Source of the DNA: Eubacteriales bacterium
GTDB lineage: Bacteria > Bacillota > Clostridia > Oscillospirales > CAG-272
Direction of reading: 5' to 3'
Assembly (NCBI GenBank): GCA_045542275.1
Contig: JAZQKP010000004.1
Span: 6,391-70,390, forward strand
DNA: 64,000 nucleotides
The notes under the pieces are model-generated. The model was not told where the DNA came from, searched no databases, and saw only the letters and a program-made list of their open reading frames with translations. Within the stretch, counting starts at the first letter, position 1, and each line of letters starts with the position of its first letter. Made by a program: the position numbers and the translations under genes. Shown in pieces: positions 18,132-27,263 of the stretch.

Positions 18132-19616
18132 TTATTCGGAAACTGCTACGTCCTGCTTGTTACGTCCGAGATCCTCGTTCATCTTAGCAAGAGTCTTTTT
18201 ATCAACATTGTAGATGAATGCAAGGCTTACGAACTGAAGCAATGCGCTGAAGAGGTAAAGTCCTGCAACGAGCCAGCACATATTGGATGCTGTCTGAAGT
18301 GACTGACCCTCTGTACCAAGCTTTTCAACATATCCGAGGGCGCCCATAAGGAGAAGAACGATGGAGGGACCAACGCCCTGAGCAAGCTTTCTGAAGAAGG
18401 AATGGAGTGAATATACTGTACCTTCCTCTCTCTTACCTGTCTTCCACTCATTGTAGTCAATAGCATCAGCCATAAGAGCCCAGGATACACATGTGTAGAT
18501 ACCCATACCGATACCGAATACGCAGAGGGCAAACATATATAAGCCGAGAGCTGCTGTCTTATTGGGGATAGCAGGGAATACGAACATGAGAAGTCCGCCT
18601 GCAACTGAAACTAAGGAGCCAACTGCAGATGCTTCCTTCTTGCCCCACTTACCAACAATCTTTTTGATGAAGGGCATGAAGATAAACATGGGAAGAAAAC
18701 CGATTACAGAAACTACACCGGAAAGGGAAGCCATACCGAAGTATGTAGCAAACATAATTGTTGTTGCTGTAGCTGCGGAGTTCATACCGAGGAACATTGC
18801 CATAGCTGCAAGTGTTGCACCGATAGCGGGACGGTTCTTCATAAAGTTACGGAAGGCTAAAAGGATATTGAACTTTTCACCCTCGTTTACCTTAACAGAC
18901 TGCTCGTCTACACGGATTGTAATCTTCTTTATCATAAACATAAATGCGATAAAGCCGAGAACACCCATTATGATAGCAGCGAAGAATACTCTTTCGCCAA
19001 GAAGTGTTTCAACCTGTACGCCTGTTTCGGGGTTGATAACGGGATCACCGTTTGCGTCAACCTCTTTACGCCAGATAAGCATAGGAAGTATCATCATAGG
19101 AACCATGTTACCTACCATGGAACCGACAGAACGCCATGTGGAAAGTTGAGATCTTTCACCGGGATCCTCGGATACGAGAGAGAGCATAGAGCCATATGGA
19201 ACGTTAGCTACTGTGTAGCAAGCATCCCAGATAACGTAACCGAGAATGAAGAGAATAGACTTTAAAACTATACCAGCATTAGGAACAGGAATGAAGCAGA
19301 GTGCACCTGCTACTGTAAGTCCGATAGCGCCGATAAAAATATAGGTCTTGAATTTGCCCATTTTGTAATTTCTTCTGTCTGCATCAATTAATGAGCCGAT
19401 AAGGGGGTCATTAATGGCATCCCAGATCTGTACTACGAGAAGGAGTGCGGCAAGAAGTCCGGTTTCCATCATCATAAATACAAGCCAGAAGGTCTGGATT
19501 GTGTTCTTGAGTGAGAAGCTCATGTTACAGCCAAAGTCTCCGGCGGCATATGCGACCTTATCGATCATACCAAACTTAGGCTTGCCATTTGCATCAAGCT
19601 GTCTTTGCTTTGCCAT
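18132..19616 (-). CDS. GPH-family (MFS) glycoside:cation symporter, probable glucuronide permease
   Basis: YAAGDFG, WDAINDPLIG, NVPYGSM, ADAIDYNEWKTGKREEG; about 12 TM segments. Confidence 0.9.
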   Translation of the reverse strand: MAKQRQLDANGKPKFGMIDKVAYAAGDFGCNMSFSLKNTIQTFWLVFMMMETGLLAALLLVVQIWDAINDPLIGSLIDADRRNYKMGKFKTYIFIGAIGLTVAGALCFIPVPNAGIVLKSILFILGYVIWDACYTVANVPYGSMLSLVSEDPGERSQLSTWRSVGSMVGNMVPMMILPMLIWRKEVDANGDPVINPETGVQVETLLGERVFFAAIIMGVLGFIAFMFMIKKITIRVDEQSVKVNEGEKFNILLAFRNFMKNRPAIGATLAAMAMFLGMNSAATATTIMFATYFGMASLSGVVSVIGFLPMFIFMPFIKKIVGKWGKKEASAVGSLVSVAGGLLMFVFPAIPNKTAALGLYMFALCVFGIGMGIYTCVSWALMADAIDYNEWKTGKREEGTVYSLHSFFRKLAQGVGPSIVLLLMGALGYVEKLGTEGQSLQTASNMCWLVAGLYLFSALLQFVSLAFIYNVDKKTLAKMNEDLGRNKQDVAVSE

Positions 19617-19835
19617 AAAAATTCCTCTTTCTAAATTTATTTTGGTTCATTCGGGATTATCCCGACAGGGTTTACCATTATTAGTATAACTTATATTCTA
19701 TAAAAATGAGAGTAATTTTTTTATGAAAAGTTGTATTTTTTTAATTATTGGAGAGAAAACTATGTTGTAATTGCACAAAAACTGTGATATAATTATTAAA
19801 AACTTATCAAATTTTACCATTGAGGAGGAATGCAC

Positions 19836-21059
19836 ATGGATTATAAAAATGAGCTTGAGCTGCTGTGTGATACACTTAAAAAGTGCCATGTGCAGTTTCA
19901 TATTGTAAATGCCAACGATGAATTAAGCCGTAGTGTTTATAAGGGAATAGATATAGTTTTCGGTAAAATTCTCGGTAATACGGGTACGGTAAGTGGACTT
20001 CTTGGCGAAATGGAGTCTCGTACGGTATATAAGGTAACAGACGAATTAAAGCTTTGCTATCTGTATATCAAGTTAGCTGACAGTAATGACGAAATATTTG
20101 TTTTAGGTCCATATATGCCGGCATCACTAACCCCAAGACAGCTTCTTGAAATATGTGAAAAAAGTGGTGTTTCTCTAAAAAACCAAAGGTACGTAGAGGA
20201 GTTTTTCCTTTCTATTCCGGTTATTGATGATGGAAACCCCTTGCTGTCATTGCTAAATGCTTTTCTTGAAAGAATATGGGGTCAGCCTTCCTTTTCGGTG
20301 GTAGATGCTTCAAGGGATTTTTCATTTGCTCCCTCGCCTATTAACGAAGCTAACCTTAGCGACGAATTTGATGATGTGCTTCTTAACATGAAATCCATGG
20401 AGCTAAGATACAGCTACGAAAATGAAATGATGCAAGCGATAAGCTTGGGACAGATACAAAGGACGAATCAGCTTTTATCCATGTCATCTGAGCAAGTATT
20501 TGAAAAACGTTCTCAGGACCCCTTGCGCAATATGAAAAATTATTGTATAATAATGAATACATTATCCCGTAAAGCTGCTGAAAATGGCAAGGTGCATCCT
20601 ATGTATCTTGATAGAGTATCCTCGGATTTTGCCACAAAAATTGAACAGCTTCCCACTGTGGAGGATGCACAAATATTAATGAAGGATATGTTTAAGGCAT
20701 ATTGCCGACTTGTAAGAAAGCATTCAATGAAGGACTATTCACCTATAGTGCAAAAGGCGATTGTGCTGATAGAATCGGATCTTTCGGCAAATCTTTCCTT
20801 AAGCTCCATCAGCGCAAGTCAAAGTGTCAGCGCAGGATATCTTTCCACCGTATTCAAAAATGAAACGGGCAAGACTGTTACCGAATACATTCGCGAAAAG
20901 AGGATGAAGCATGCAGCCCACCTTTTAAGCACCACATTTTTGCAGATACAAACCGTTGCACTTCACTGTGGAATTATGGATGTGCAGTATTTTTCAAAAA
21001 CCTTTAAAAAATATATGGGTATGACGCCTAAGGAATACAGAGACAGTACAAAGGAGTAA
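19836..21059 (+). CDS. AraC-family transcriptional regulator
   Basis: C-terminal AraC HTH (YLSTVFKNETG...YFSKTFKKYMGMTPKEYR); start moved to the ATG spaced 7 nt from GAGGAGG. Confidence 0.9.
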   Translation: MDYKNELELLCDTLKKCHVQFHIVNANDELSRSVYKGIDIVFGKILGNTGTVSGLLGEMESRTVYKVTDELKLCYLYIKLADSNDEIFVLGPYMPASLTPRQLLEICEKSGVSLKNQRYVEEFFLSIPVIDDGNPLLSLLNAFLERIWGQPSFSVVDASRDFSFAPSPINEANLSDEFDDVLLNMKSMELRYSYENEMMQAISLGQIQRTNQLLSMSSEQVFEKRSQDPLRNMKNYCIIMNTLSRKAAENGKVHPMYLDRVSSDFATKIEQLPTVEDAQILMKDMFKAYCRLVRKHSMKDYSPIVQKAIVLIESDLSANLSLSSISASQSVSAGYLSTVFKNETGKTVTEYIREKRMKHAAHLLSTTFLQIQTVALHCGIMDVQYFSKTFKKYMGMTPKEYRDSTKE

Positions 21060-21130
21060 GGCGAATTATCCACACGTATCGGCACTTTTTAATTAAAATA
21101 ATATTGATATAAATTTTTAGGAGGATTACT

Positions 21131-22183
21131 ATGAATATGAAGCTCTCATTCCGTTGGTACGGAAAGGATGACCCCATTTCTCTCGAATATATTTCTCAGA
21201 TACCCGGTATGCGTTCCATCGTTTCTGCGGTATACGATGTTAAGCCCGGCGAGGTTTGGCCTGAGGAAAGTCTTGAAAAAATGAAGGACGTATGCGAAAA
21301 AAGCGGACTTATCTTCGATGTTGTCGAGTCAATTCCCGTTCACGAGGACATTAAGCTTGGCAGAGGAGATGTAGACAGGCTTCTTGATGTTTACTGCGAA
21401 AATATCCGCAGATGTGCAAAGTACGGTGTAAAGTGTGTTACATATAACTTTATGCCCGTATTTGACTGGACACGTACACAGCTTGATAAAAAGGCACCCG
21501 ACGGATCCACAAGCCTTGTAATGTACTGGGATCAGATGAGAGGGCTTAATCCTCTTAAGGACGATATTCACCTGCCCGGCTGGGATTCAAGCTATACTCA
21601 GGACGAGGTAAGAGAGCTTATTAGCGCTTACGGTGAAATCGGTGAGGAGGGACTCTGGAAAAACCTTGAAAAATTCTTAAAGAAGGTTATCCCCGTTGCC
21701 GAGGAATGCGGTGTAAGAATGGCTATTCACCCCGATGACCCGCCATATCCTATTTTTGGCTTGCCCAGAGTAATAACAAATGAAGCAAACCTTGACAGAT
21801 TCCTTGCAATTGTGGACAGCCCTGCCAACAGTCTTTGCCTTTGCACAGGCAGCCTTGGCTGCGCATCAAGCAATGATGTTGTAAAAATGGTTCGCAAGTA
21901 TGCGAAAATGGACAGAATCGCATTTATGCATATAAGAAATGTAAAGAATCTTGAGGACGGCTCCTTTGAAGAAAGAGCTCATCTTTCATCCTGTGGCTCA
22001 CTTGATATTTATGAGATTGTTAAGGCGCTTTGCGAAAATAACTTTGACGGCTATGTTCGTCCCGACCACGGCAGAATGATCTGGGGCGAAACCGGCAAGC
22101 CCGGCTACGGACTTTTTGACAGAGCTCTTGGCGCAACTTATATAAACGGTTTGTTTGAAGCTTGCGAAAAAGCATTGAAATAG
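21131..22183 (+). CDS. uxuA: mannonate dehydratase
   Basis: [38 protein letters not shown]. Confidence 0.96.
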   Translation: MNMKLSFRWYGKDDPISLEYISQIPGMRSIVSAVYDVKPGEVWPEESLEKMKDVCEKSGLIFDVVESIPVHEDIKLGRGDVDRLLDVYCENIRRCAKYGVKCVTYNFMPVFDWTRTQLDKKAPDGSTSLVMYWDQMRGLNPLKDDIHLPGWDSSYTQDEVRELISAYGEIGEEGLWKNLEKFLKKVIPVAEECGVRMAIHPDDPPYPIFGLPRVITNEANLDRFLAIVDSPANSLCLCTGSLGCASSNDVVKMVRKYAKMDRIAFMHIRNVKNLEDGSFEERAHLSSCGSLDIYEIVKALCENNFDGYVRPDHGRMIWGETGKPGYGLFDRALGATYINGLFEACEKALK

Positions 22184-22216
22184 TATAAAATTAGTGTTAT
22201 AATAAGGAGAGAACAT

Positions 22217-23068
22217 ATGAATAAGAATGTACTTAATACCGACCTTACAGGTAAGGTAGCCGTTGTTACAGGCGCAGGCGGTGTCCTTTGCAGCTATTTT
22301 GCCAAGGTATTGGCAAGGGCAGGCGCTAAGGTTGCTTTGCTTGACCTTAATTACGATGCAGCAAAGGGCTTTGCTGATGAAATCAATGCAGAGGGTGGCG
22401 TGGCTAAAGCATACTCCTGTAACGTGCTTAATAAGGAAATCTGCTTGGACGTGGCTAAAAATGTACTTGCAGACCTTGGTCCCTGTGATATTCTTGTAAA
22501 TGGCGCAGGTGGAAATAATCCTCGTGCTACAACTGATAAGGAATATTACGAAAGCGGAGATATTGATGCCGATACAAAGAGTTTCTTTGACCTTGAGGCT
22601 GACGGTGTAGGCTTTGTTTTCAATCTTAATTTCCTTGGTACTCTTATTCCCACACAGGCATTTGTACTCCAGATGCTTGGAAGAAAGGGATGCTCCATTC
22701 TTAATATTTCATCTATGAATGCGTACACTCCCCTTACCAAAATTCCTGCATACTCAGGCGCTAAGGCTGCTATCTCCAACTTCACACAGTGGCTTGCAGT
22801 TCACTTTTCAAGAGAAGGCATTCGTGTAAACGCAATTGCACCGGGATTTTTCTCAACCAAGCAGAATGCTAAGCTTCTTTGGAATGATGACGGCACACCT
22901 ACTGCACGTACAGGCAAAATTCTTGCTGCTACTCCCATGGGCAGATTCGGTAAGACAGAGGAGCTTGAGGGTGGACTTTTGTTCCTTGTAAACGATGAGG
23001 CTGCATCCTTTATAACAGGCGTTGTATTGCCTATTGACGGTGGCTTCTCATCTTATTCAGGTGTTTGA
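22217..23068 (+). CDS. uxuB: SDR-family D-mannonate oxidoreductase (fructuronate reductase)
   Basis: TGAGGVL, NGAGGN, PAYSGAK, NAIAPGFF; located after uxuA. Confidence 0.85.
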   Translation: MNKNVLNTDLTGKVAVVTGAGGVLCSYFAKVLARAGAKVALLDLNYDAAKGFADEINAEGGVAKAYSCNVLNKEICLDVAKNVLADLGPCDILVNGAGGNNPRATTDKEYYESGDIDADTKSFFDLEADGVGFVFNLNFLGTLIPTQAFVLQMLGRKGCSILNISSMNAYTPLTKIPAYSGAKAAISNFTQWLAVHFSREGIRVNAIAPGFFSTKQNAKLLWNDDGTPTARTGKILAATPMGRFGKTEELEGGLLFLVNDEAASFITGVVLPIDGGFSSYSGV

Positions 23069-23098
23069 TTTGTAAATTAATAATAAAGGAGATTTATT

Positions 23099-23746
23099 AT
23101 GGTTGATATTAACAAAAGGGTTGAGGAAATAGGCGTTGTGCCTGTTATCAAGCTTAACAACCCGGAAAAAGATGCTGCCCCCTTGGCTAAGGCTCTTTGC
23201 GCAGGCGGTGTTCCCATTGCAGAGGTTACCTTCCGTGCTGCAGGCGCAGACTTGGCTATCAAGCTTATGAAGGAGGCTTGCCCTGATATGCTTTGCGGTG
23301 CAGGTACAGTTCTTACAACTGAGCACATTGATAAGGCAATCGCAGCAGGTGCTGAATTTATCGTTACCCCCGGCTTTGATCCTGAGCTTGTGGCTTACTG
23401 TCAGGAAAAGGGTATTGCGATTTATCCCGGCTGTACAACCCCCACAGATTACCACGCTGCTTACAAATTCGGTCTTAAGGTTCTTAAGTTTTTCCCTGCT
23501 GAGCAGTCAGGAGGCCTTGCAAAAATCAAGGCTATGAGCGCTCCGTTCCCTATGTTCAAGGTAATGCCCACAGGTGGAATTTCATTAAAGAACTTGAAGG
23601 AATATATTAAATGTCCTGTTATCTGCGCTTGCGGTGGCTCATATATGGTAACCGCAGATCTTATTGATAATGGTAAATGGGACGAAATTACAGAGCTTTG
23701 CCGTCAGTCGGCAGAAATTGTTAAGGAGGCACGAAATAATGGCTAA
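23099..23746 (+). CDS. eda: KDPG/KHG aldolase
   Basis: EVTFR, GAGTV, KFFPA, PTGGI. Confidence 0.93.
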   Translation: MVDINKRVEEIGVVPVIKLNNPEKDAAPLAKALCAGGVPIAEVTFRAAGADLAIKLMKEACPDMLCGAGTVLTTEHIDKAIAAGAEFIVTPGFDPELVAYCQEKGIAIYPGCTTPTDYHAAYKFGLKVLKFFPAEQSGGLAKIKAMSAPFPMFKVMPTGGISLKNLKEYIKCPVICACGGSYMVTADLIDNGKWDEITELCRQSAEIVKEARNNG

Positions 23747-24761
23747 AATTGTTACCTTTGGCGAGCTTATGTTGAGACTCGCACCTAACGGTTACTACCG
23801 TTTCTTCCAGAATGATCAGATGCAGGCTACCTTTGGTGGTGGCGAAGCAAACGTTGCTGTTTCCCTTGCTAACTACGGCATGGACAGCGTTTATGTAACT
23901 AAGCTTCCTAAGCATGCTATCGGTCAGGCTGCAGTTAACTCACTCAGATACTTCGGCGTTGATACCTCTAAGATTGTAAGAGGTGGCGACAGAGTTGGTA
24001 TCTATTATCTTGAAAAGGGCGCATCTCAGAGAGGCTCCGTATGTATCTATGACAGAGCTCACTCTGCTATTCAGGAGGCTAGCGCTTCCGATTTTGACTG
24101 GGACAGCATTTTTGAGGGTGCTGACTGGTTCCACTTTACAGGTATCACACCTGCTCTCGGTCCTAACGTAGTTGAAATCTGCCGTGAGGCTTGTAAGGCT
24201 GCTAAGGCTAAGGGCGTTAAGATCTCCTGTGACCTTAACTACCGTGGCAAGCTCTGCACAAGAGCTGAGGCAAGAGAGGCTATGACAGACCTTTGCCAGT
24301 ATGTTGACGTTTGTATCTCCAATGAAGAGGACGCAAAGGACGTATTCGGTATCGAGGCTGAAAACACAGATATTTACGGTGGTAAGCTTAACCACGACGG
24401 CTATAAGTCAGTTGCTAAGCAGCTTGCTGATAAGTTTGGCTTTGAAAAGGTTGCAATCACACTTCGTTCCTCTATCTCTGCAAGTGATAATGACTGGGCA
24501 GGTATGCTTTACGACGGTGAGGATTACTACTTTTCAAAGAGCTATCATTTACATATTGTTGACCGTGTTGGCGGTGGCGACTCCTTCGGTGGCGGTCTTA
24601 TCTATGCAATTCTTTCAGGTAAGTCCTCTAAGGAGGTTATCGAATTTGCAGTTGCAGCATCTGCCCTTAAACATAGCGTAGAGGGCGACTACAACAGAGT
24701 TTCCGTTTCCGAGGTTGAAAAGCTTGCAGGTGGCGACGGCTCAGGTAGAGTTCAGAGATAA
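23739..24761 (+). CDS. kdgK: 2-keto-3-deoxygluconate kinase (PfkB family)
   Basis: FGELMLR, GGGEANVA, DLNYR, DRVGGGDSF; start at ATG 23739 overlaps the eda stop. Confidence 0.93.
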   Translation: MAKIVTFGELMLRLAPNGYYRFFQNDQMQATFGGGEANVAVSLANYGMDSVYVTKLPKHAIGQAAVNSLRYFGVDTSKIVRGGDRVGIYYLEKGASQRGSVCIYDRAHSAIQEASASDFDWDSIFEGADWFHFTGITPALGPNVVEICREACKAAKAKGVKISCDLNYRGKLCTRAEAREAMTDLCQYVDVCISNEEDAKDVFGIEAENTDIYGGKLNHDGYKSVAKQLADKFGFEKVAITLRSSISASDNDWAGMLYDGEDYYFSKSYHLHIVDRVGGGDSFGGGLIYAILSGKSSKEVIEFAVAASALKHSVEGDYNRVSVSEVEKLAGGDGSGRVQR

Positions 24762-24777
24762 ATAATTTAATATAATT

Positions 24778-24803
24778 AAGGAGAGAGAAATCTCTCCTTT
24801 TTT
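24778..24803 (+). terminator. terminator of the uxu-kdg operon
   Basis: AAGGAGAGA-gaaa-TCTCTCCTT followed by a T tail. Confidence 0.8.
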
Positions 24804-24843
24804 ATTTCCCGAGAAATATTTTGAATAAAAATTCAAAAAGATG

Positions 24844-24872
24844 TTGACATCTCAACAAATGTATGCTATAAT
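24844..24872 (+). promoter_or_regulatory. sigma-A promoter of the DegV gene
   Basis: TTGACA-17bp-TATAAT with extended TG. Confidence 0.8.
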
Positions 24873-24924
24873 TCAAATTGTTGAGAGGTCAACGATTAAA
24901 ATTGATATTTTTGGAGACAGTATA

Positions 24925-25767
24925 ATGGTCAGAATTGTAACGGATTCCACTTCGGATTTGACAAAGGATATAAGAAGCAGGGTAACAGTAGTTCCTCTGA
25001 TTATAAGCTTTTCCGGTGAGCAGTTTATAGACGGACTTGATATAAGCAAGCAGGAGTTTTACGAGAAGCTTATTGAGTGTACGGAGCTTCCTATAACAAG
25101 TCAACCTACACCCTTGTCCTTTGAGGGCGTATTCAAGGATGCGAAAAAGAAGGGCGACAAGGTTGTTTGTATAACTCTTTCATCAGAGCTGTCGGGCACA
25201 TATCAGAGTGCGAAAATAGCTATGGAGGGCTACGAGGACACGGTTTATCTTGTAGACGGTAAAACTGCGGCAATCGGTACAGGACTTCTTGTGGAAATGG
25301 CTCTTAAGATGGCAGAAAGTGGCGAAAGCGCCGAGGCAATTGCAGAGTGCATTACAAAAGAAAGGGAAAACGTACGCATCATCGCCATGCTTGATACCTT
25401 AGAGTACCTTAAGCGTGGTGGCAGAATATCAAGGGCAGCTGCCTTTGCAGGTGGCATTCTTTCCATTAAGCCCGTAATTACCCTTAAGGACGGAAGGATA
25501 GAAATTCTCGGCAAGGCACGTGGCTCAAAGCAGGGCAATAATTTACTGATTAAGGAAATTGAAGCCTCAGGCGGCGTGGATTTTAATAAGCCTGTGCTCC
25601 TTGGCTTTACAGGGCTTAACGATACCTTGCTTCAAAAATACATAAAGGACAGCGCATTTCTGTGGCAGGACCATGTTGATAAGCTACGTACCGTTTTGGT
25701 AGGTAGTGTAATCGGAACGCATATAGGTCCCGGTGGAATTGCGGTAGCTTACTTCAAAAAAGGCTGA
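24925..25767 (+). CDS. DegV/FakB fatty acid-binding protein
   Basis: IVTDST, TSQP, LSSELSGT, LKRGGRI, HIGPG. Confidence 0.92.
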   Translation: MVRIVTDSTSDLTKDIRSRVTVVPLIISFSGEQFIDGLDISKQEFYEKLIECTELPITSQPTPLSFEGVFKDAKKKGDKVVCITLSSELSGTYQSAKIAMEGYEDTVYLVDGKTAAIGTGLLVEMALKMAESGESAEAIAECITKERENVRIIAMLDTLEYLKRGGRISRAAAFAGGILSIKPVITLKDGRIEILGKARGSKQGNNLLIKEIEASGGVDFNKPVLLGFTGLNDTLLQKYIKDSAFLWQDHVDKLRTVLVGSVIGTHIGPGGIAVAYFKKG

Positions 25768-25916
25768 TTTCAATCAAAAATCCTCCGAAAAATGCTTAAT
25801 AGATTATTTTATTACAAATATAAACATATGAACATATTATAATATGTAGAAATCAGTCGTATTTTTGCTCCTTTTTAATTTTTGTGCGGAAGAATTTTTT
25901 GCACAAGCTTAGCACA

Positions 25917-25960
25917 TAAAATAAGGGACTCCCATGAGCACACGGGAGTCCTTTATTTTT
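25917..25960. terminator. terminator between convergent genes
   Basis: ATAAGGGACTCCC...GGGAGTCCTTTAT stem with A/T flanks. Confidence 0.7.
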
Positions 25961-26813
25961 AGCTTATATTTCCTGTAATTACAAGAGTTACTGTGCCGGG
26001 TGTTATTTGCCATACTCCTGTGTCTGTATCCTGAGTATAGGTTGCCGCAGGAACTGTGATAGCGCCTACTGTTGAAGTAAACGTACCGTCTGCCTCATTA
26101 TAGGTGTATTCCGTTCCTTCTGTCCAAGCAGTGCCGTTAAGGGCTGCTGTAATTTCTGTAAGAACAGGATTGAATACATCTGTAAGAATTACATTATCCG
26201 TTGCCACCGCTTCAGTGTTACCCATATTCTGGATTGTGAAGGTGTAGGTTACTCTGCCGTTTTCTGCAACGGGAATAGGACTGATTGCTTTTGTAATCGT
26301 AAGCAAAGGACCGCTTATCGCATTTACTGTCGCTGTAGCCTCTATGGGAGTTATGCCTCCACCGGATACTGTTACGGTATTTGTAATTTCTCCGTCCTCC
26401 GTTAAGGGGGCATACTGATTTGTTATTGTTTCATATATAATAATTGCATTTGAGCCTGAAGGCACATTAATGCCCGATATCACAAGACCGTTATCGCTGT
26501 TTACCGTAGGGGAGGGCTGAAGCACACCGTCAATAAAGAGCTTAACTGAGCCATCGGTGTAGGTAAGGGGGGTAAGAGTGCCTGTACCAAAGGTATATGC
26601 GCCAAGGTTATCAGTCAGAGTAAGACCTGTAAGGCTGCTTGTCGCAGAATTATTGAGGCTTACCACATAGGTTATGCTATCGCCTTGAGCATAGGTATCG
26701 GTTACAGGAGTTTTGGATACTGTAAGTGCGCCTATAATCTCACCGATAGCAATATTTGAGGTGGTAACCGTATTATTGTAAGACAGCTGTGCCTGATTTG
26801 TAAATTGAGCCAT
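25959..26813 (-). CDS. DUF11-type repeat beta-sandwich protein (Thr-rich, no signal peptide)
   Basis: Two repeats of L.(V/I).K...(I/V)TY...(L/I).N...LTD; Thr/Gly-rich. Confidence 0.65.
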   Translation of the reverse strand: MAQFTNQAQLSYNNTVTTSNIAIGEIIGALTVSKTPVTDTYAQGDSITYVVSLNNSATSSLTGLTLTDNLGAYTFGTGTLTPLTYTDGSVKLFIDGVLQPSPTVNSDNGLVISGINVPSGSNAIIIYETITNQYAPLTEDGEITNTVTVSGGGITPIEATATVNAISGPLLTITKAISPIPVAENGRVTYTFTIQNMGNTEAVATDNVILTDVFNPVLTEITAALNGTAWTEGTEYTYNEADGTFTSTVGAITVPAATYTQDTDTGVWQITPGTVTLVITGNIS

Positions 26814-26934
26814 ATTTATTTCCTTTCATAATATTTGAGGGATAACCCTCAATACAGAATATGATTTTAAAAGTTAATGTGATACGAAAGAAAAATGAAA
26901 TAGTCGAAAAAAGTCAAAAACCCGAAAATTACTA

Positions 26935-26963
26935 TTGACAAAAGAATTTATATGTGATAGAAT
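26935..26963 (+). promoter_or_regulatory. sigma-A promoter of the riboswitch leader
   Basis: TTGACA-17bp-TAGAAT with extended TG. Confidence 0.75.
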
Positions 26964-26987
26964 TGTCGCTGTAAGTAAAAAGCTAAG

Positions 26988-27150
26988 TGAAGATTGCAGA
27001 AGATGGCTATGCCGACCGAAGGAGCGAAACTCTCAGGTGATTTTAAATCGGGAACTGCAATTTGATAGCACTCCGGAGAATCTCACCACGAGTGAGTGCC
27101 GAAGGGGCAAGACGGATATTCCGTTAATCTCTCAGGCAAAAGGACAGAGT
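26988..27150 (+). ncRNA. tandem glycine riboswitch
   Basis: Two CCGAAGG...CTCTCAGG aptamers, second with GGAGA and AAAAGGACAGAG; lies upstream of an AGCS symporter. Confidence 0.9.
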
Positions 27151-27202
27151 TTTACAATTACCTTTCCTATTTTATTTTTAGGGAATATAATTATAAAATT
27201 TT

Positions 27203-27236
27203 GCGGAGTGATATTTTTTATCACTCCGCTTTTCTT
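27203..27236 (+). terminator. riboswitch expression-platform terminator
   Basis: GCGGAGTGATA-tttt-TATCACTCCGC followed by TTTTCTT. Confidence 0.8.
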
Positions 27237-27263
27237 CATTATAAGTTAAAGGAGAAAACAAAA

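Noticed and set aside
21066-21074. Perfect DnaA box TTATCCACA (another inside mutS near 5877)
   Set aside because: Isolated 9-mers are expected by chance in 64 kb; no cluster or oriC genes
27096-27263. N-terminal extensions of called ORFs (symporter; also leuA, kdgK, DegV, HAD, ilvN, hisZ, hisC, thioesterase)
   Set aside because: The extensions run through riboswitch, T-box, promoter or upstream-gene sequence; downstream starts have better RBS or translational coupling
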